A DNA stretch of 59,775 nt, the filler included, from Stramenopiles sp. TOSAG23-3 (lineage: Eukaryota): assembly GCA_900128585.1 (NCBI GenBank). It is 6 parts of 6 records of this genome, joined end to end, with 100 filler letters (N's around TTAATTAATTAA, not from the genome) between each part and the next. Parts side by side here need not be neighbours in the genome. Positions count along the whole stretch, not along the records: positions 18,005 to 35,886 come from LT642438.1; positions 35,987 to 53,798 come from LT642439.1; 4 more parts are not named here. The stretch is one strand, 5' to 3'. Under the pieces are notes generated by a model, which made no database searches, was not told the DNA's origin, and saw nothing but the letters and a program-made list of their open reading frames with translations. Made by a program: the position numbers and the translations under genes. This document shows, one piece after another, positions 33,728-45,000 of the stretch; within the stretch, counting starts at the first letter, position 1; each line of letters begins with the position of its first letter.

Positions 33728-33920
33728 ATTTCTTCTTCTTTTTTTCTTCTTTCTTCTTTCTTTTTCTTCTTTCTTCTTTCTTCTTTATCCTTTCTTTCTT
33801 CTTTCTTCTTTCTTCTTTCTTCTTTCTTCTTTCTTCTTTCTTCTTTCTTCTTTCTTCTTTCTTCTTTCTTCTTCTTTCTTCTTTCTTCTTTCTTCTTTCT
33901 TCTTTCTTCTTTCTTCTTCG
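33728..33920. repeat. Pyrimidine microsatellite (TTCTTTC-type)
   Basis: ~190 bp of near-pure T/C tandem units. Confidence 0.92.
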
Positions 33921-34588
33921 TTTCTTATTTGAAGCAGTACGGTAGGTCAGCAATAGCAACCGAACAGGGCAGAAAAATATTATGTACACAGCATCGCAGA
34001 ATGTATGAGTTGAGGCAATCCGATTAAAATTTATGCTATATAAATTACTATATTTATTACATAGTGTAAACAAAACCTTCCAAAAACCTTCCGAAAAAAA
34101 GGTATCTCTGCTATGGTAATGTTATTCATTATTAGTACAACGTTCATTATACTAAATTCATTCATACCTATCTAATATGTATACCATACAATACATAACA
34201 TGACACAGCACTGAAATGAGATTCAAAATTGAAAAATCTATTTTGATTACATTACACAGCATTGACGACAATCGTGAAAATGAAAATCCTTTTTTTCCTG
34301 TTTTCTTCTCTTCTAAATAGAAGAAGTACAACATAATAGCATGAAGGGATTGTGTACGAGAAAAAAAAAGAAAGATGTCAACACACTCCACTGTTCTTCA
34401 TCATCCATTTCTTTCATTATTATTTATTCTATTGATTTGATGAGGGAGAGAGAACAATCTTGTCTTCGAAAGAAATGAATACAATGATGCAAAGCTGAAA
34501 ACGGGAACGATTTTTTCTGTCATCCCCCCACCCCAAAGAAGAATAGAAACGTTGAAGTATTTAGTTTTACTATTAAGTCGAAAGGAAA

Positions 34589-35398
34589 ATGTTTCGCAAC
34601 CAATACGATACTGACCCCACGACTTTCAGTCCACAAGGTCGCATTTTTCAAGTGGAGTACGCCGCGGAGGCAGTGAAGCAAGGTTCCTGCTGCGTTGGCG
34701 CACGGTCAAAGACGCACGCGGTTTTGGGAGTAATCAAGCGGTCTCCTGATGAGTTAGCATCATACCAAGAAAAGTTGTTCAAAATCTATTCGCACATGGC
34801 GGTGGCCATTTCGGGGCTGACCGCAGACGCACGGTTCCTTGGGGACCACATGAGAATGGAGTGTTTGAACCATAGGTTTGTCTACGGCGCAAACATACAA
34901 GTGGGCCGTTTGATCAGCCACATTGCAGATATGCACCAGCGGTGCACCCAAGACATGACGTACGAGCGCGGGCGCCCGTTCGGCGTCGGCCTTTTGGTAG
35001 CCGGCTACGACAAGACGGGCCCTCACATTTACGAAACTTCTCCCACAGGGCAATATTACGAGCACAAGGCGCAGGGTATTGGAAGTAGATCGCAGAGTGC
35101 ACGGACTTATTTGGAAAAAGTATACACCACGTTTGACGACCTGTCGGTGGACGAGTTGGCCGTGCACGTTATCAAATCCCTCGAAGGTGCAGCGGGGGAG
35201 AAAGATCTCACGGCGGACAACGTTGGCATTACCATCGTTGGCGAAGGCCAAGACGTGAAGACCTTGTCCAAAGACGAATTGCAGACGTACCTAGCGGTCG
35301 CTTTTGAAGGAAAAACGGACGACGCCGGCGAGGGCGATGATGATGCTGGCGAGGAGGAAGCGACCAAAACGGAAGATGTAACCATGGAAGAATCTTAG
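34589..35398 (+). CDS. PSMA1: 20S proteasome subunit alpha type-1 (alpha6)
   Basis: MFRNQYDTD..TFSPQGRIFQVEYA, ELASYQEK, ISGLTADAR, RPFGVGLLVAGYD, IGSRSQSARTYLE. Confidence 0.96.
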   Translation: MFRNQYDTDPTTFSPQGRIFQVEYAAEAVKQGSCCVGARSKTHAVLGVIKRSPDELASYQEKLFKIYSHMAVAISGLTADARFLGDHMRMECLNHRFVYGANIQVGRLISHIADMHQRCTQDMTYERGRPFGVGLLVAGYDKTGPHIYETSPTGQYYEHKAQGIGSRSQSARTYLEKVYTTFDDLSVDELAVHVIKSLEGAAGEKDLTADNVGITIVGEGQDVKTLSKDELQTYLAVAFEGKTDDAGEGDDDAGEEEATKTEDVTMEES

Positions 35399-35809
35399 AG
35401 AAAGGCATTTGTTTGTGGTGTTGCGTCAGAAGTCGTGTGTATGTTCGTTTCCCAACAGGTCAGGGTCATCATTCCTTTCGTTTTTAATAACAAAATAACA
35501 AATGTGTATATTTTCTTAGCTATATTTGTTTTGATGATTTGAAAAAGAATAATAATTTTTAACATATTTTTCATTTTTTTGTTTTGTTACTTGATTATGT
35601 TAAAAAACAAACAATCAACAACCTTTGATTCTGTATTTCAAACATGTACCTATCATATTATACTTAAAATAATATTTAGTATACATTTGATGGTTCAAAT
35701 TATACTAGTCTAATATATATAAAGCCCTATATAGTATGTACTAATTTCAAACACCATATAATTCCAAAAAAAAAACCTGTAGGTGGAGGTTATTTTTATC
35801 AAGACAACC

Positions 35810-35811
35810 CT

Positions 35812-35886
<75 letters not shown>
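35810..35886. repeat. (TCTT)n microsatellite at contig end
   Basis: Perfect tetranucleotide array running into the gap. Confidence 0.95.
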
Positions 35887-35986
35887 NNNNNNNNNNNNNN
35901 NNNNNNNNNNNNNNNNNNNNNNNNNNNNNNTTAATTAATTAANNNNNNNNNNNNNNNNNNNNNNNNNNNNNNNNNNNNNNNNNNNN
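35887..35986. other. Artificial contig-join spacer
   Basis: N44-TTAATTAATTAA-N44. Confidence 0.95.
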
Positions 35987-35988
35987 AA

Positions 35989-37605
35989 GAAATATCGCCG
36001 CTAGTCGTGCAGCATGCAGATTCGCTTAACACGCGCTGTTTGGGAACAGTCATGAAATCGTTTGGAATCCTAAAATTCAACCCTGGCCCGAACCTAGTGG
36101 GGGTTCTCCTCCAGTCTGCCGAGAAGGACTTGTTCCGCTTCAAAGGCGACGAGCTGAGCAGCCTCATCACTGGAGTAGAGCACATATATTGCCACTCCAC
36201 CGACTCGATAGAGCCAGACAGCACGTACCATGACGACGTTTTTGACTTTGAGTTCGTCGACACCCTTGACTTGGTGCTTGAATCCAAGCTGGCCTCTTTG
36301 AGTCCAGGGGAGATAACGAGCATCCTTCAGGCGCTGTCAAAACTGAATCGCATCGGACACTTGTCCATGGAGTTGCTCGATAGCTACAGGGATGCCTTGC
36401 TGAATCCTGAAACCTTGAAGCGCTACGATGCAAAATCATTAAGCAGAGTGTTATGGTTGGCCGCGAAAGACAATTCTGGGTTTCCGCGTGATCAGCAGCT
36501 ATTAGAAACGATTACGATACATTTGCGGTCGGTCCTTTCGACCGCCGATGGAAGTGACCTGGCGACCATTCTGTGGGCTTTTCAACAGCTAGAATTTAAC
36601 CCTGGATCTCAATTCCTGGATGAGTTCTGCGTGTACAGTGGGGCCAAGCTGGCCAAAATGCAGCCAAGAGACTTTGCGACTGTTCTTTATTCTCTAGCAT
36701 CCATGAAGCGCAAATATGTACCCACGAAAACGTTCTTGTCCATGGTAAACCAATCGTTTGAAAAGAAGCTGAAACGATGCAACGGCCACTCTCTCTCAGT
36801 TGCCTTTCTCGGGATAACCCGCCTAGTTCCCCCAGACGACTTTGTTATGGACATATTTACGGAAAGAATAGAGACGCTCGTCAACGCTAACGCCTTTGGG
36901 TCGCAGGCTTTGATAATGATTCTGGTTTCTTATGAAAATTGGGGCGGGAACCCGGGAGAACACATACTTGGACTGATTGCGCAGGAAATCTTGTCCAACG
37001 CCGCGCTAACGCCGGTGTATTTGACCACTGTCTTGCGGACGTTTGCGAAGCTTGACTACTACCCGGGCGATAAAGAAATGGTAGAGCTTCTTGGTAAAGG
37101 TCTGCACGAGTGCAACCTGAAATCTTTTGATCCTGGCAGCCTTGTGAGGCTGGTGTCATCGTTTTCCATGCTCCACTTCTACCCAGGGGACAAGTTCATG
37201 CGCGAATTTCTAAACGTTATCGAAGTTCCAGAGGAAGATTTCGGGGAGGACGAAACTGTAGAACAATTTGGGGTCGGCTCAAACTTTGACATCAGTGAAA
37301 TGGGCATTGACTCAGATGATAGTATGCTGGATTACATTCAACAGTACGATAGATTGCATGAACGCTCGCAAGTATTTTTGGGGGACGAACTCGGTGGTGG
37401 TGCCTCCGCTCTTTCAATCAGGTGTTTCGGGGGCGACGAAGAGGACGATGAGGTCACATTTGATCAAGGTGGTCATGACAAACCTGCCATGCGAGCGGAG
37501 CAAAAGTTGATTGTAACCGAATCGTTAAGCAGTCTGATGCGGTTGAAAGAGATGATGAATGGGAGTGCAGGGCGTGGTCCGGACGATGCGTTTGCCCATT
37601 ATTGA
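35989..37605 (+). CDS. Helical-repeat (OPR/HPR/FASTK-like) protein, 5' truncated by gap
   Basis: ~37-38-aa repeats (LSPGEITSILQALSKL, DLATILWAFQQLEFNPG, MQPRDFATVLYSLASM, TVLRTFAKLDYYPG, LVSSFSMLHFYPG) typical of organellar RNA-binding repeat proteins. Confidence 0.75.
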   Translation, partial: EISPLVVQHADSLNTRCLGTVMKSFGILKFNPGPNLVGVLLQSAEKDLFRFKGDELSSLITGVEHIYCHSTDSIEPDSTYHDDVFDFEFVDTLDLVLESKLASLSPGEITSILQALSKLNRIGHLSMELLDSYRDALLNPETLKRYDAKSLSRVLWLAAKDNSGFPRDQQLLETITIHLRSVLSTADGSDLATILWAFQQLEFNPGSQFLDEFCVYSGAKLAKMQPRDFATVLYSLASMKRKYVPTKTFLSMVNQSFEKKLKRCNGHSLSVAFLGITRLVPPDDFVMDIFTERIETLVNANAFGSQALIMILVSYENWGGNPGEHILGLIAQEILSNAALTPVYLTTVLRTFAKLDYYPGDKEMVELLGKGLHECNLKSFDPGSLVRLVSSFSMLHFYPGDKFMREFLNVIEVPEEDFGEDETVEQFGVGSNFDISEMGIDSDDSMLDYIQQYDRLHERSQVFLGDELGGGASALSIRCFGGDEEDDEVTFDQGGHDKPAMRAEQKLIVTESLSSLMRLKEMMNGSAGRGPDDAFAHY

Positions 37606-37752
37606 TGGTTGCACACGCGCGCACATATAATTAATGTAAATAAAAATTGCTCACAACTTGTTCAAGATGCGCTCTGCAATGTTACGAGTATTTCTAATAA
37701 TGTCTTTAAATGTTCCACAGATCTAATTACCCCACGCGTATAGGGGCAAAGC

Positions 37753-40700
37753 TTACTTCGTGTACTTGTTTTTCCAATACCCTTTCTTATACCATGAGGC
37801 TCGATTCAAAGCTGGAGAGCGCCGTGACGTTGTGGAAAAGCTGGTTTGAGGAGACGGGGAAGGCACAAATCGGCTGCTTGTGCGGTGGAAAGACTGGTGT
37901 CCTGGGGCGGCTTTGCCGTAGCTCACATTCAAATCTGCCAGCACTCTGTGCGTTTTGGATGAGACATCGTTCGGGATTATATGTTCATTTGATGTTTGCA
38001 AAGAATTTTCCTGCTGGTCTATAACAACAGACCGATATATTGTGTCCGATTCGTTGCTCTTCCTCACTGTCGCAACCATTGAAGCCGCTGCTGCCGCTTG
38101 CGTTTTAAGCAAGCTCAGGTGTTGTTGCAACATATCAATTTGAAGGCTCTGGTCAACCCCAGAGTTTCCCAAGGACTGGTGGTTTGGGATACTGAAGTTC
38201 AAGTTGGCGGAACTTTCTGGGGCCGCAGGGGGGTTCGGCTTACTACGAAATCGAGATTCGGAAGCAACCGAAACGATTTTGGCTGTCGCTGTTGTTAGCT
38301 GTCGCTTGGCCTCTTCAAGTTCGGACTTTAATGTCATCACTTCTTTCTCTTTTACTTCTAGGTTCGCCGCTGACCGAGCATATTTGCGCTCAAATTCTAT
38401 TATTTCTCTATCTTTCTGTTTCAGGTCGTTGTTTGCGTTTTTCAAGTCGAACTTAAACTGGTCGCATGATTCGCGAAGGCTGGCCATTTGTTCGTCACAC
38501 TTTTGCTGCCATTCGACAGTGGTGTCTTGCGATGCTTCATTGGCAGCACGGCGCATAGCAGTTTCTAGCATCATTTTGAACTGGGCCTTGGTTTTCTCAA
38601 GTTTAAGACTCACCTCGTTCGAAAGTGTTTTAAATTTGTCTTTTTCGTCGGTCATGGCTTCCAGGCTGCGCTGCAGCTTGATGGTGCGTTCCTCGTTGGC
38701 GCTGTTGGCTAATTTTCGGCGATAAGTTTCGGCATCTTCTTGGGCTTTCAGGGCTGCTCGGCGTTGTTCGGAACACTCGGCCTGGTCTTCTGCCCGCAAA
38801 GCTTCTACAACCGCCAATCTCTCTGACAATTCTTGGTTCTTCCTTACCGTGGCGCTGCACTCTTCCTCTAATTCGAGCATGCGGGTCTTCTGTGCATGTT
38901 TGGAGTTGTCCGCCACTTCCGCGGCTTTCGCTGACATTAATTTGGCTTCTTCGATTTGTTGTCGAAGCTTCATTTGCTTTGCTTCGGCAACTCGTGCAGC
39001 GGTGCTCTTGTCTTGCATCGCTTTGTCAAGTTTCGCCTCATATTCTTTTCGTAGAACACTAACTTTTTCGTTCTCTACGTGTATGGAAATTTGCTTGTTC
39101 CGCCTCTCTCGCTCCTCTCCCTCTTCTTTAAGTGTTTCGATTTCTTTCATTAATTTTTCATTCTCGGTGGACAAAGCATTTGTTTTTTCGGCCGCGGCGG
39201 TGGCGTCTTGTTTTGCCTGAGTCAAATCCCGCTCGAGTTTTGATGTCCTCTGCTTGTTGGTAAACGTTGAGGTGCTGCTCTCTTCTATTACGCGTTCGAT
39301 TTCTGCTTGAAGGGCCGATTTTGCGTGCTTTAATGCATCTATTTTTGTTCGGTTGTTCTGCAAAGTCTCTTTTTGCGCATCGATTTCCTTCTTGAACGTT
39401 TCCGTTCGAGCCCTTTGGTTTTCCATGTTGCCAACCGCCTCTTTCTTCTCGCGTTCTGCTTGACGTGCCTTGGCGCTCTCCTCTTGCAAATTCTTTCTTA
39501 GGTCTTCGCACTCTTTCTCTGCTTCATTTGCTCGATGCTCGAACTGTTCGTTTTGAATTGAGCTGGTAGACAGTTTTTTCCGTTCCTCTCTCGCAGTCTT
39601 CAAATGCCTTCGAAGCTGCTCGATCTCGGCCTTCAAATGAGAACTGCCCTCGTCGGCTGCTTGGTGCAACTCTTTTTTCGCTTTTTCGAGTTTTTCTCGG
39701 AACCTTGATGAGTCCTCTTTTTCTCGCTTTAATTCGGATGACAATTCTGCCCTTTCACGAACCAGGGAGTCTCGCTCCGAGCGCACCTCGTCACGCTCAC
39801 GGCATACCCGCTCCATTTCTTTTCGCAAAGTTTCCGATTCGCCTGCAGATGCAGCATTGGTCGAAGCGGCGCTTTTGCTCCCTGCCCCTTTGGAAATGGT
39901 GGAGCCTATGGTTTTCCCATGACCCTTTTCGATTTTCTTCTTTTCTGCCAATTTCTTGCCTTCTTGATTTTGTACTTTCACTGACCCGAACAGAGGTATA
40001 TCGGAATCGTCCAACTCGGCCGATTTGTCGTGGTCTATGCTGTCATCGCCTTCCATGGCGTCGGCAATATCATCCATCCAGCTAGAGGTTTTGGGGGAGG
40101 TGGTTATTTTTGCTCCTAGTCCAGAACTACGCTTTGTCCTCTGTGCTCCTCTTTTGGGCATGAACTTTTCTGTCATACTATCAAGAATATCCCCGTCAAA
40201 GCCACCCCGCAAGGATGTCCCCAGGCCCTCGCTAACATTGTCCCGACTTCGTCTTGGTGACGCCGCAGCCCGAGCACGCTGCCTTTCCTGCTCGGCCTCC
40301 GCGCGTTTCTTTTCTTCCTCAAGCTTTGCTATTCGCTCTTTTTCTCTTTGGGCGGCTTTTTCTGCCGCAGCAAAGGCAATGGATTGCTCCCGTTCGCGCT
40401 TTTTTTCTTTCTGTATCCGAGCCTCTTCTCTTTCTCGGGAGCGCTTCTTTTCTTGGTCTTCCCGCTTCGCTTGCTCTTTGTGCTTCACAAGTTCGCTTTG
40501 AAATAGCTGTCGGTAGTGTTCGTCCAACGGATGCTCCCACATGCTTTCGTTCGTTTTTGTGTTGAAATGATAGGGTGTTCCATCGTCGCTGACGCCTTGC
40601 TCCCAATTTTCGGGCAACTGGGCTGTTAGTGCTTCCTCTGCAATCCACAACAGGTGCTCGTGTTCTTCAGGATCCATTCCTAAGAATCGTGCGTGCTCTA

Positions 40701-40962
40701 GTATTGCGGTCTTCATAAACTCGGGGTCCAAGACGCCATCGTCGGCCCCGTCGTCGTCTCCTGGAGGGGGAGGAACGTTCAGTTGAGTCGCCTCCTCAAA
40801 GTCATCATCAAAGCTATCATCAAAATCTTCAACAATGGTACCGTCCCCAGAACCTGCCCAATCATTGCTCTTTTTGTTGTTTCTACGCTCCTGCTTTCGT
40901 TTTTTCATTTCGTTAAATCTCTCCTCCGAGTTCATCTCCTCCCAGCTTGAAAACACTGACAT
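37753..40962 (-). CDS. CEP164-like WW-domain coiled-coil protein
   Basis: EHARFLGMDPEEHEHLLWIAEEALTAQLPENW...YHFNTKTNESMWEHPLDEHYRQL matches the CEP164-type helical+WW N-terminus, followed by a long coiled coil. Confidence 0.8.
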   Translation of the reverse strand: MSVFSSWEEMNSEERFNEMKKRKQERRNNKKSNDWAGSGDGTIVEDFDDSFDDDFEEATQLNVPPPPGDDDGADDGVLDPEFMKTAILEHARFLGMDPEEHEHLLWIAEEALTAQLPENWEQGVSDDGTPYHFNTKTNESMWEHPLDEHYRQLFQSELVKHKEQAKREDQEKKRSREREEARIQKEKKREREQSIAFAAAEKAAQREKERIAKLEEEKKRAEAEQERQRARAAASPRRSRDNVSEGLGTSLRGGFDGDILDSMTEKFMPKRGAQRTKRSSGLGAKITTSPKTSSWMDDIADAMEGDDSIDHDKSAELDDSDIPLFGSVKVQNQEGKKLAEKKKIEKGHGKTIGSTISKGAGSKSAASTNAASAGESETLRKEMERVCRERDEVRSERDSLVRERAELSSELKREKEDSSRFREKLEKAKKELHQAADEGSSHLKAEIEQLRRHLKTAREERKKLSTSSIQNEQFEHRANEAEKECEDLRKNLQEESAKARQAEREKKEAVGNMENQRARTETFKKEIDAQKETLQNNRTKIDALKHAKSALQAEIERVIEESSTSTFTNKQRTSKLERDLTQAKQDATAAAEKTNALSTENEKLMKEIETLKEEGEERERRNKQISIHVENEKVSVLRKEYEAKLDKAMQDKSTAARVAEAKQMKLRQQIEEAKLMSAKAAEVADNSKHAQKTRMLELEEECSATVRKNQELSERLAVVEALRAEDQAECSEQRRAALKAQEDAETYRRKLANSANEERTIKLQRSLEAMTDEKDKFKTLSNEVSLKLEKTKAQFKMMLETAMRRAANEASQDTTVEWQQKCDEQMASLRESCDQFKFDLKNANNDLKQKDREIIEFERKYARSAANLEVKEKEVMTLKSELEEAKRQLTTATAKIVSVASESRFRSKPNPPAAPESSANLNFSIPNHQSLGNSGVDQSLQIDMLQQHLSLLKTQAAAAASMVATVRKSNESDTIYRSVVIDQQENSLQTSNEHIIPNDVSSKTHRVLADLNVSYGKAAPGHQSFHRTSSRFVPSPSPQTSFSTTSRRSPALNRASWYKKGYWKNKYTK

Positions 40963-42065
40963 ATTGGTTACCTTTCGCTAAATACTATTGGGTGAACGAC
41001 AATACGTACGAACGGAACAAAAATGTCTTTGGTGTTGACACTAATCGTTATGCGATTGCTACCAACCAACAAAAGTTCAAATCGCATGAAAATAAATGTT
41101 CAATCGCTTTAAAGTATTGTCTTCTTCCCTTTCTTTTACTTTTGCGCAGAGCTTTTTTTGTTGCCCATTATTTTTTTCTATTATAAATATGAGTAGTAGT
41201 AGTAGGAGAAAGAATATATCATTCATCATTACCACTGATTCTCCTTACTACTAATTTTTTAACACGATCGATGAAGGTAGTACCGGTACTAGTATTAACT
41301 AGTTTATAACGTCTATGATGTGGTAGGTATACGAAGGTCTAGATTTTATTTTGTTATTCGTACTTATGGGTAAAGAAAGATTACGAATAATTAATATTAA
41401 TGCTGTATATATGTAATATTCACAACGTTCAGAAAAAATGGGAAAAAAAATAGTATTAAATAATATAGAAGTAGGTTGGTAGTCAGTCTATATAGTTGGA
41501 AATAGTACTTCTATTATAATTAGACTACATATATAAATAAAAACCCTGAAAGAATTTGGTAATGAATATCGTTAAGCGGTCGAAGTAAGTAGAACTATAG
41601 ATGGAATAGAACGATATAGTATTTTTACTATTTACGTAGTATGGTAAGGTAAGGTATGGTACTTTCCTTTGGAATCGGATGTCGTAGAATTACATCCGTT
41701 GCATTTGTTTGATCTCCAATGCTACAACCAGTTTTAAAAAATTGGTGTATGAGTTTTGCATTGTCATAGAGGCTGTGTGACCTCTTAATAAATACGAAGA
41801 TTGAAATACTGTGTGCATTTTGTACTAATGTTTGTAGTCCATTTATATAGGGAACAACAGGGACGGGAGGAGCTTGATGATTTTCATCATCGTCGTCGTC
41901 GTCGTCGCGCCGCCGTCTCGTAAAATTCCAACTCTTTCTTGTTGACTGAATTGCACAGCTTTGTGTATCATCCGGTAAGAAAGGAAGAAACGTTTTTTTC
42001 AAGCAAAATTGTCGCTTCATTCAGCAATCTCAAGTCCCTTTTGACTGTTTCCGCTGAAAAGAAAA

Positions 42066-45000
42066 ATGTCGGACGATGGCGATTCTGAAGACAGTGTTCC
42101 CCCTATAGTATTTCAGGTTGCGGAGAAGTATCGTAACCCCAAACTGGAAATAACTGATACAATAGAATGGAGCCCGGACCACGCCAAAATACTGTACCTT
42201 ATCTCTCTGTTTGCCAAACCCCCAGTAGAAGAGGGAGATGAGGAAGGTTGGATAAGATCGTTGCCTTTGTTGGTGCTGATGTACGAAGGAATTGTAAGCG
42301 GTACCTTTGAAGAGCCTGACTACGCCCCGTGTTGCAACATAGTGTCTCAAGACGGGCACACCCGTCGTGTTTGGATGAACGTTAGTCAAGAGGGGAAAGC
42401 GTTTATAGATGATCTAAGAGAAAAAACATTGTTGAACGGCTTAAAAATGATGACTGAGGATGGGCAACCCGTGACTTCGTTTCAGTGCAGTCTGTTCGGC
42501 TTGTCTCTCGTCGAGCAAATTCCAGAAGAGTTAAAAGCCCAGGTGGTTGCACTCGTCTACCCCACGGGGGTGGAAGGGGGCCCGAGGAAAATAAGGTTTG
42601 ATCCCGAAGAGGGATGTTTTTGGATGACTACAGACGGTGGTTATAATGAACAAAGTGAAATTTCGGAGTGCGAAGACATTTCGTACGTCAGTAGTCCATA
42701 TTTGCCAGAATGCCTGAGAGAAAACGATAGGCCGAACAACAGCAACAAACACCGAGCCCACGAAGTAGCCGACGGCGGAGGAAACGTTGCGGTGGACACT
42801 AGTGAAGCTGTGACGCTGTCCAACGTCCATGCAATGATTGCAGAATGGATACCTTTCGGGGCAAATCAAATTGTTGCGCTAAACGAGCGGCTGGGTGCGT
42901 TGGATCGGAACCAAGGAGGCTTTTTCACGAACCAGGTAGATGAGGACCCTACATCCACGAATTTCGATGTTCCTCCGGGGTTGACTAGCGTCAAGATTTT
43001 AGACTTTGACTTTGTCCGGTTCACTAATTTTGAAGCAGAGATAAATTACCCCAACGATGAAGGAATCATACAAATAGAAGAATTTGGTATGCATTTAGAC
43101 ATGGATGGAACGATTGTGTACGGAATGTTTATCGAGGCCATAGGCAATCGACTAGCGGACGACCTCAGTGTCGACGACCTAAGTAGGGTAATGGTCGACA
43201 TTCATCAAGATAGCAGTGAAATCATGGATGATATTATTAGTGCGCATCAAAAGGAATTGATGCAAACAGTATTTATGGGAGACAGTGACAACCGTCCAAA
43301 ATTTAATCTTTTGATGTGCGACGGGATCACACCAGCCCTGTCGGGGGAGTTTTTTATGGACCGAAGCGAGCGTGAGTACGAGATCAAACAAATTGTGGGA
43401 GATGTAGTTCACGGTACAATGGTGGGGGGCACAGACACTTTGATACTGGGGAGGGAGGGTATTGTGTACGCTGGCCCGCACGCAACAGAAACAGACAATT
43501 TATTGATTGCCAATGCCTTTATTGCAGGGAAGGAAGTGTTTCTGAGAGCGTACTTTATCCGCATGTTCATTTTAAATAATGAAATTGATACCATTCGTGA
43601 CCTAATCGCAACGTATCTGGATGACCCTCATAAAGTAGATGACTTTCGCACTCGTCTGTCTGAATCATCGTCAACAATTATCCAAATGACTGAGTTGCTT
43701 GGTTATTTAGAAGAATCCATTAGAACGGCGAAATTGCCACCGCGTGCTTCGGGGGGGCAACTGATGCTGGCGTACGACGCGTTAAACATTGAACACCAGT
43801 TCAGGGATTTAAGACTTAGGACGTTCGATTTGAGAAAACTGGTGGAAGGGGCAGGTGGAAAACTTGACATTTTGAGGCTCCAGGGCACATCCGTGAACAA
43901 AAGGTTGTTGGACGTTGTTGTGAAAGGAATGGACGTCAATTTCCAAGGGTTGGTGGCTGCGACTGCATCCGATGCACGTGCTGCCATTGCGAATGAGATC
44001 ATGAACATTGTCTTTGCAGGTAACATGATTTTTGATTTAATTGATCGTGTCGATGGAGACGATACACTAGGGTACGAGGGGGTAGACAGCGGGGGCGGTG
44101 GGGTCCACTGGATCCTAATGGTCTTCAGACCCATATACTCAGTCCCAGGGTTTTTTTTCGTAGTAAATGTAGGATGGTTTTTAATGATGACTTGGTTTCT
44201 GCAAACTTTCATGCGGTTCTTGATAGACAAAACGCTGAATGCCCGCACTATTCGCAAGATAATGTTCCTTAAGGTAAAACTTAAAAATGCAGTAGAGTAC
44301 GTAAGAACAAAGACTTTGATCAGCAGCGATACTGTGGCGTCAGATGATGGAATCTTTTGGAAAATTGCGTGGAAAGATGGTGATAAAGAATCGCATGCAC
44401 ATTGGGGCGGAGACCCCCCGCACATCGTTTGTGAAATTGACCTAGCAACTGGATTCATGATGCAAGTGAACATTAACTGGAACTATCAAACGCTTCCTTG
44501 GAATGCGGAAACTGTTGTGGGTAGATGGGTTGACGAATTGTGTAATTTCAACGTGTTCCATGATATGAACGATAACGTTCGTAGGAAGAAGAGCATTGCC
44601 TTGGCTGCACCATGGATGCCAAAGCATGGCACCGACCACGTAAACACCGAGTCGTACCAGTGGCGCAAAAGTTTGAAACCAGGTGACACCGTTGTCTTTG
44701 ATGCTATTGAAAGAAGAGAGAGTAAGATCATAAAGATTGAAGGCACAGAGGTCGTGGTGAAACCGACGGGTCCAAACTCGAACTTTGCATATAGGACAAA
44801 TTTGTTCAGCAAGCAAATTGTCCCAACAATTGACTACGAACACCCTGAAAAGCCGCTGACTGAGGAAGAAACGGAGCGTCTAAACAGTTTTCCGTTTAAT
44901 TTGAAAGCCGGCGATTTTCTGTTCTTTGATTTGCTGGAAGAGGAAACGCCAAGTCGTCTTGTTTCAAGAACTGGTACACACCTCTTGATAAAGCCGTGGT

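Noticed and set aside
33679-34073. Poly-Phe/Ser and poly-Lys/Glu ORFs
   Set aside because: Both are read-throughs of the TC microsatellite.
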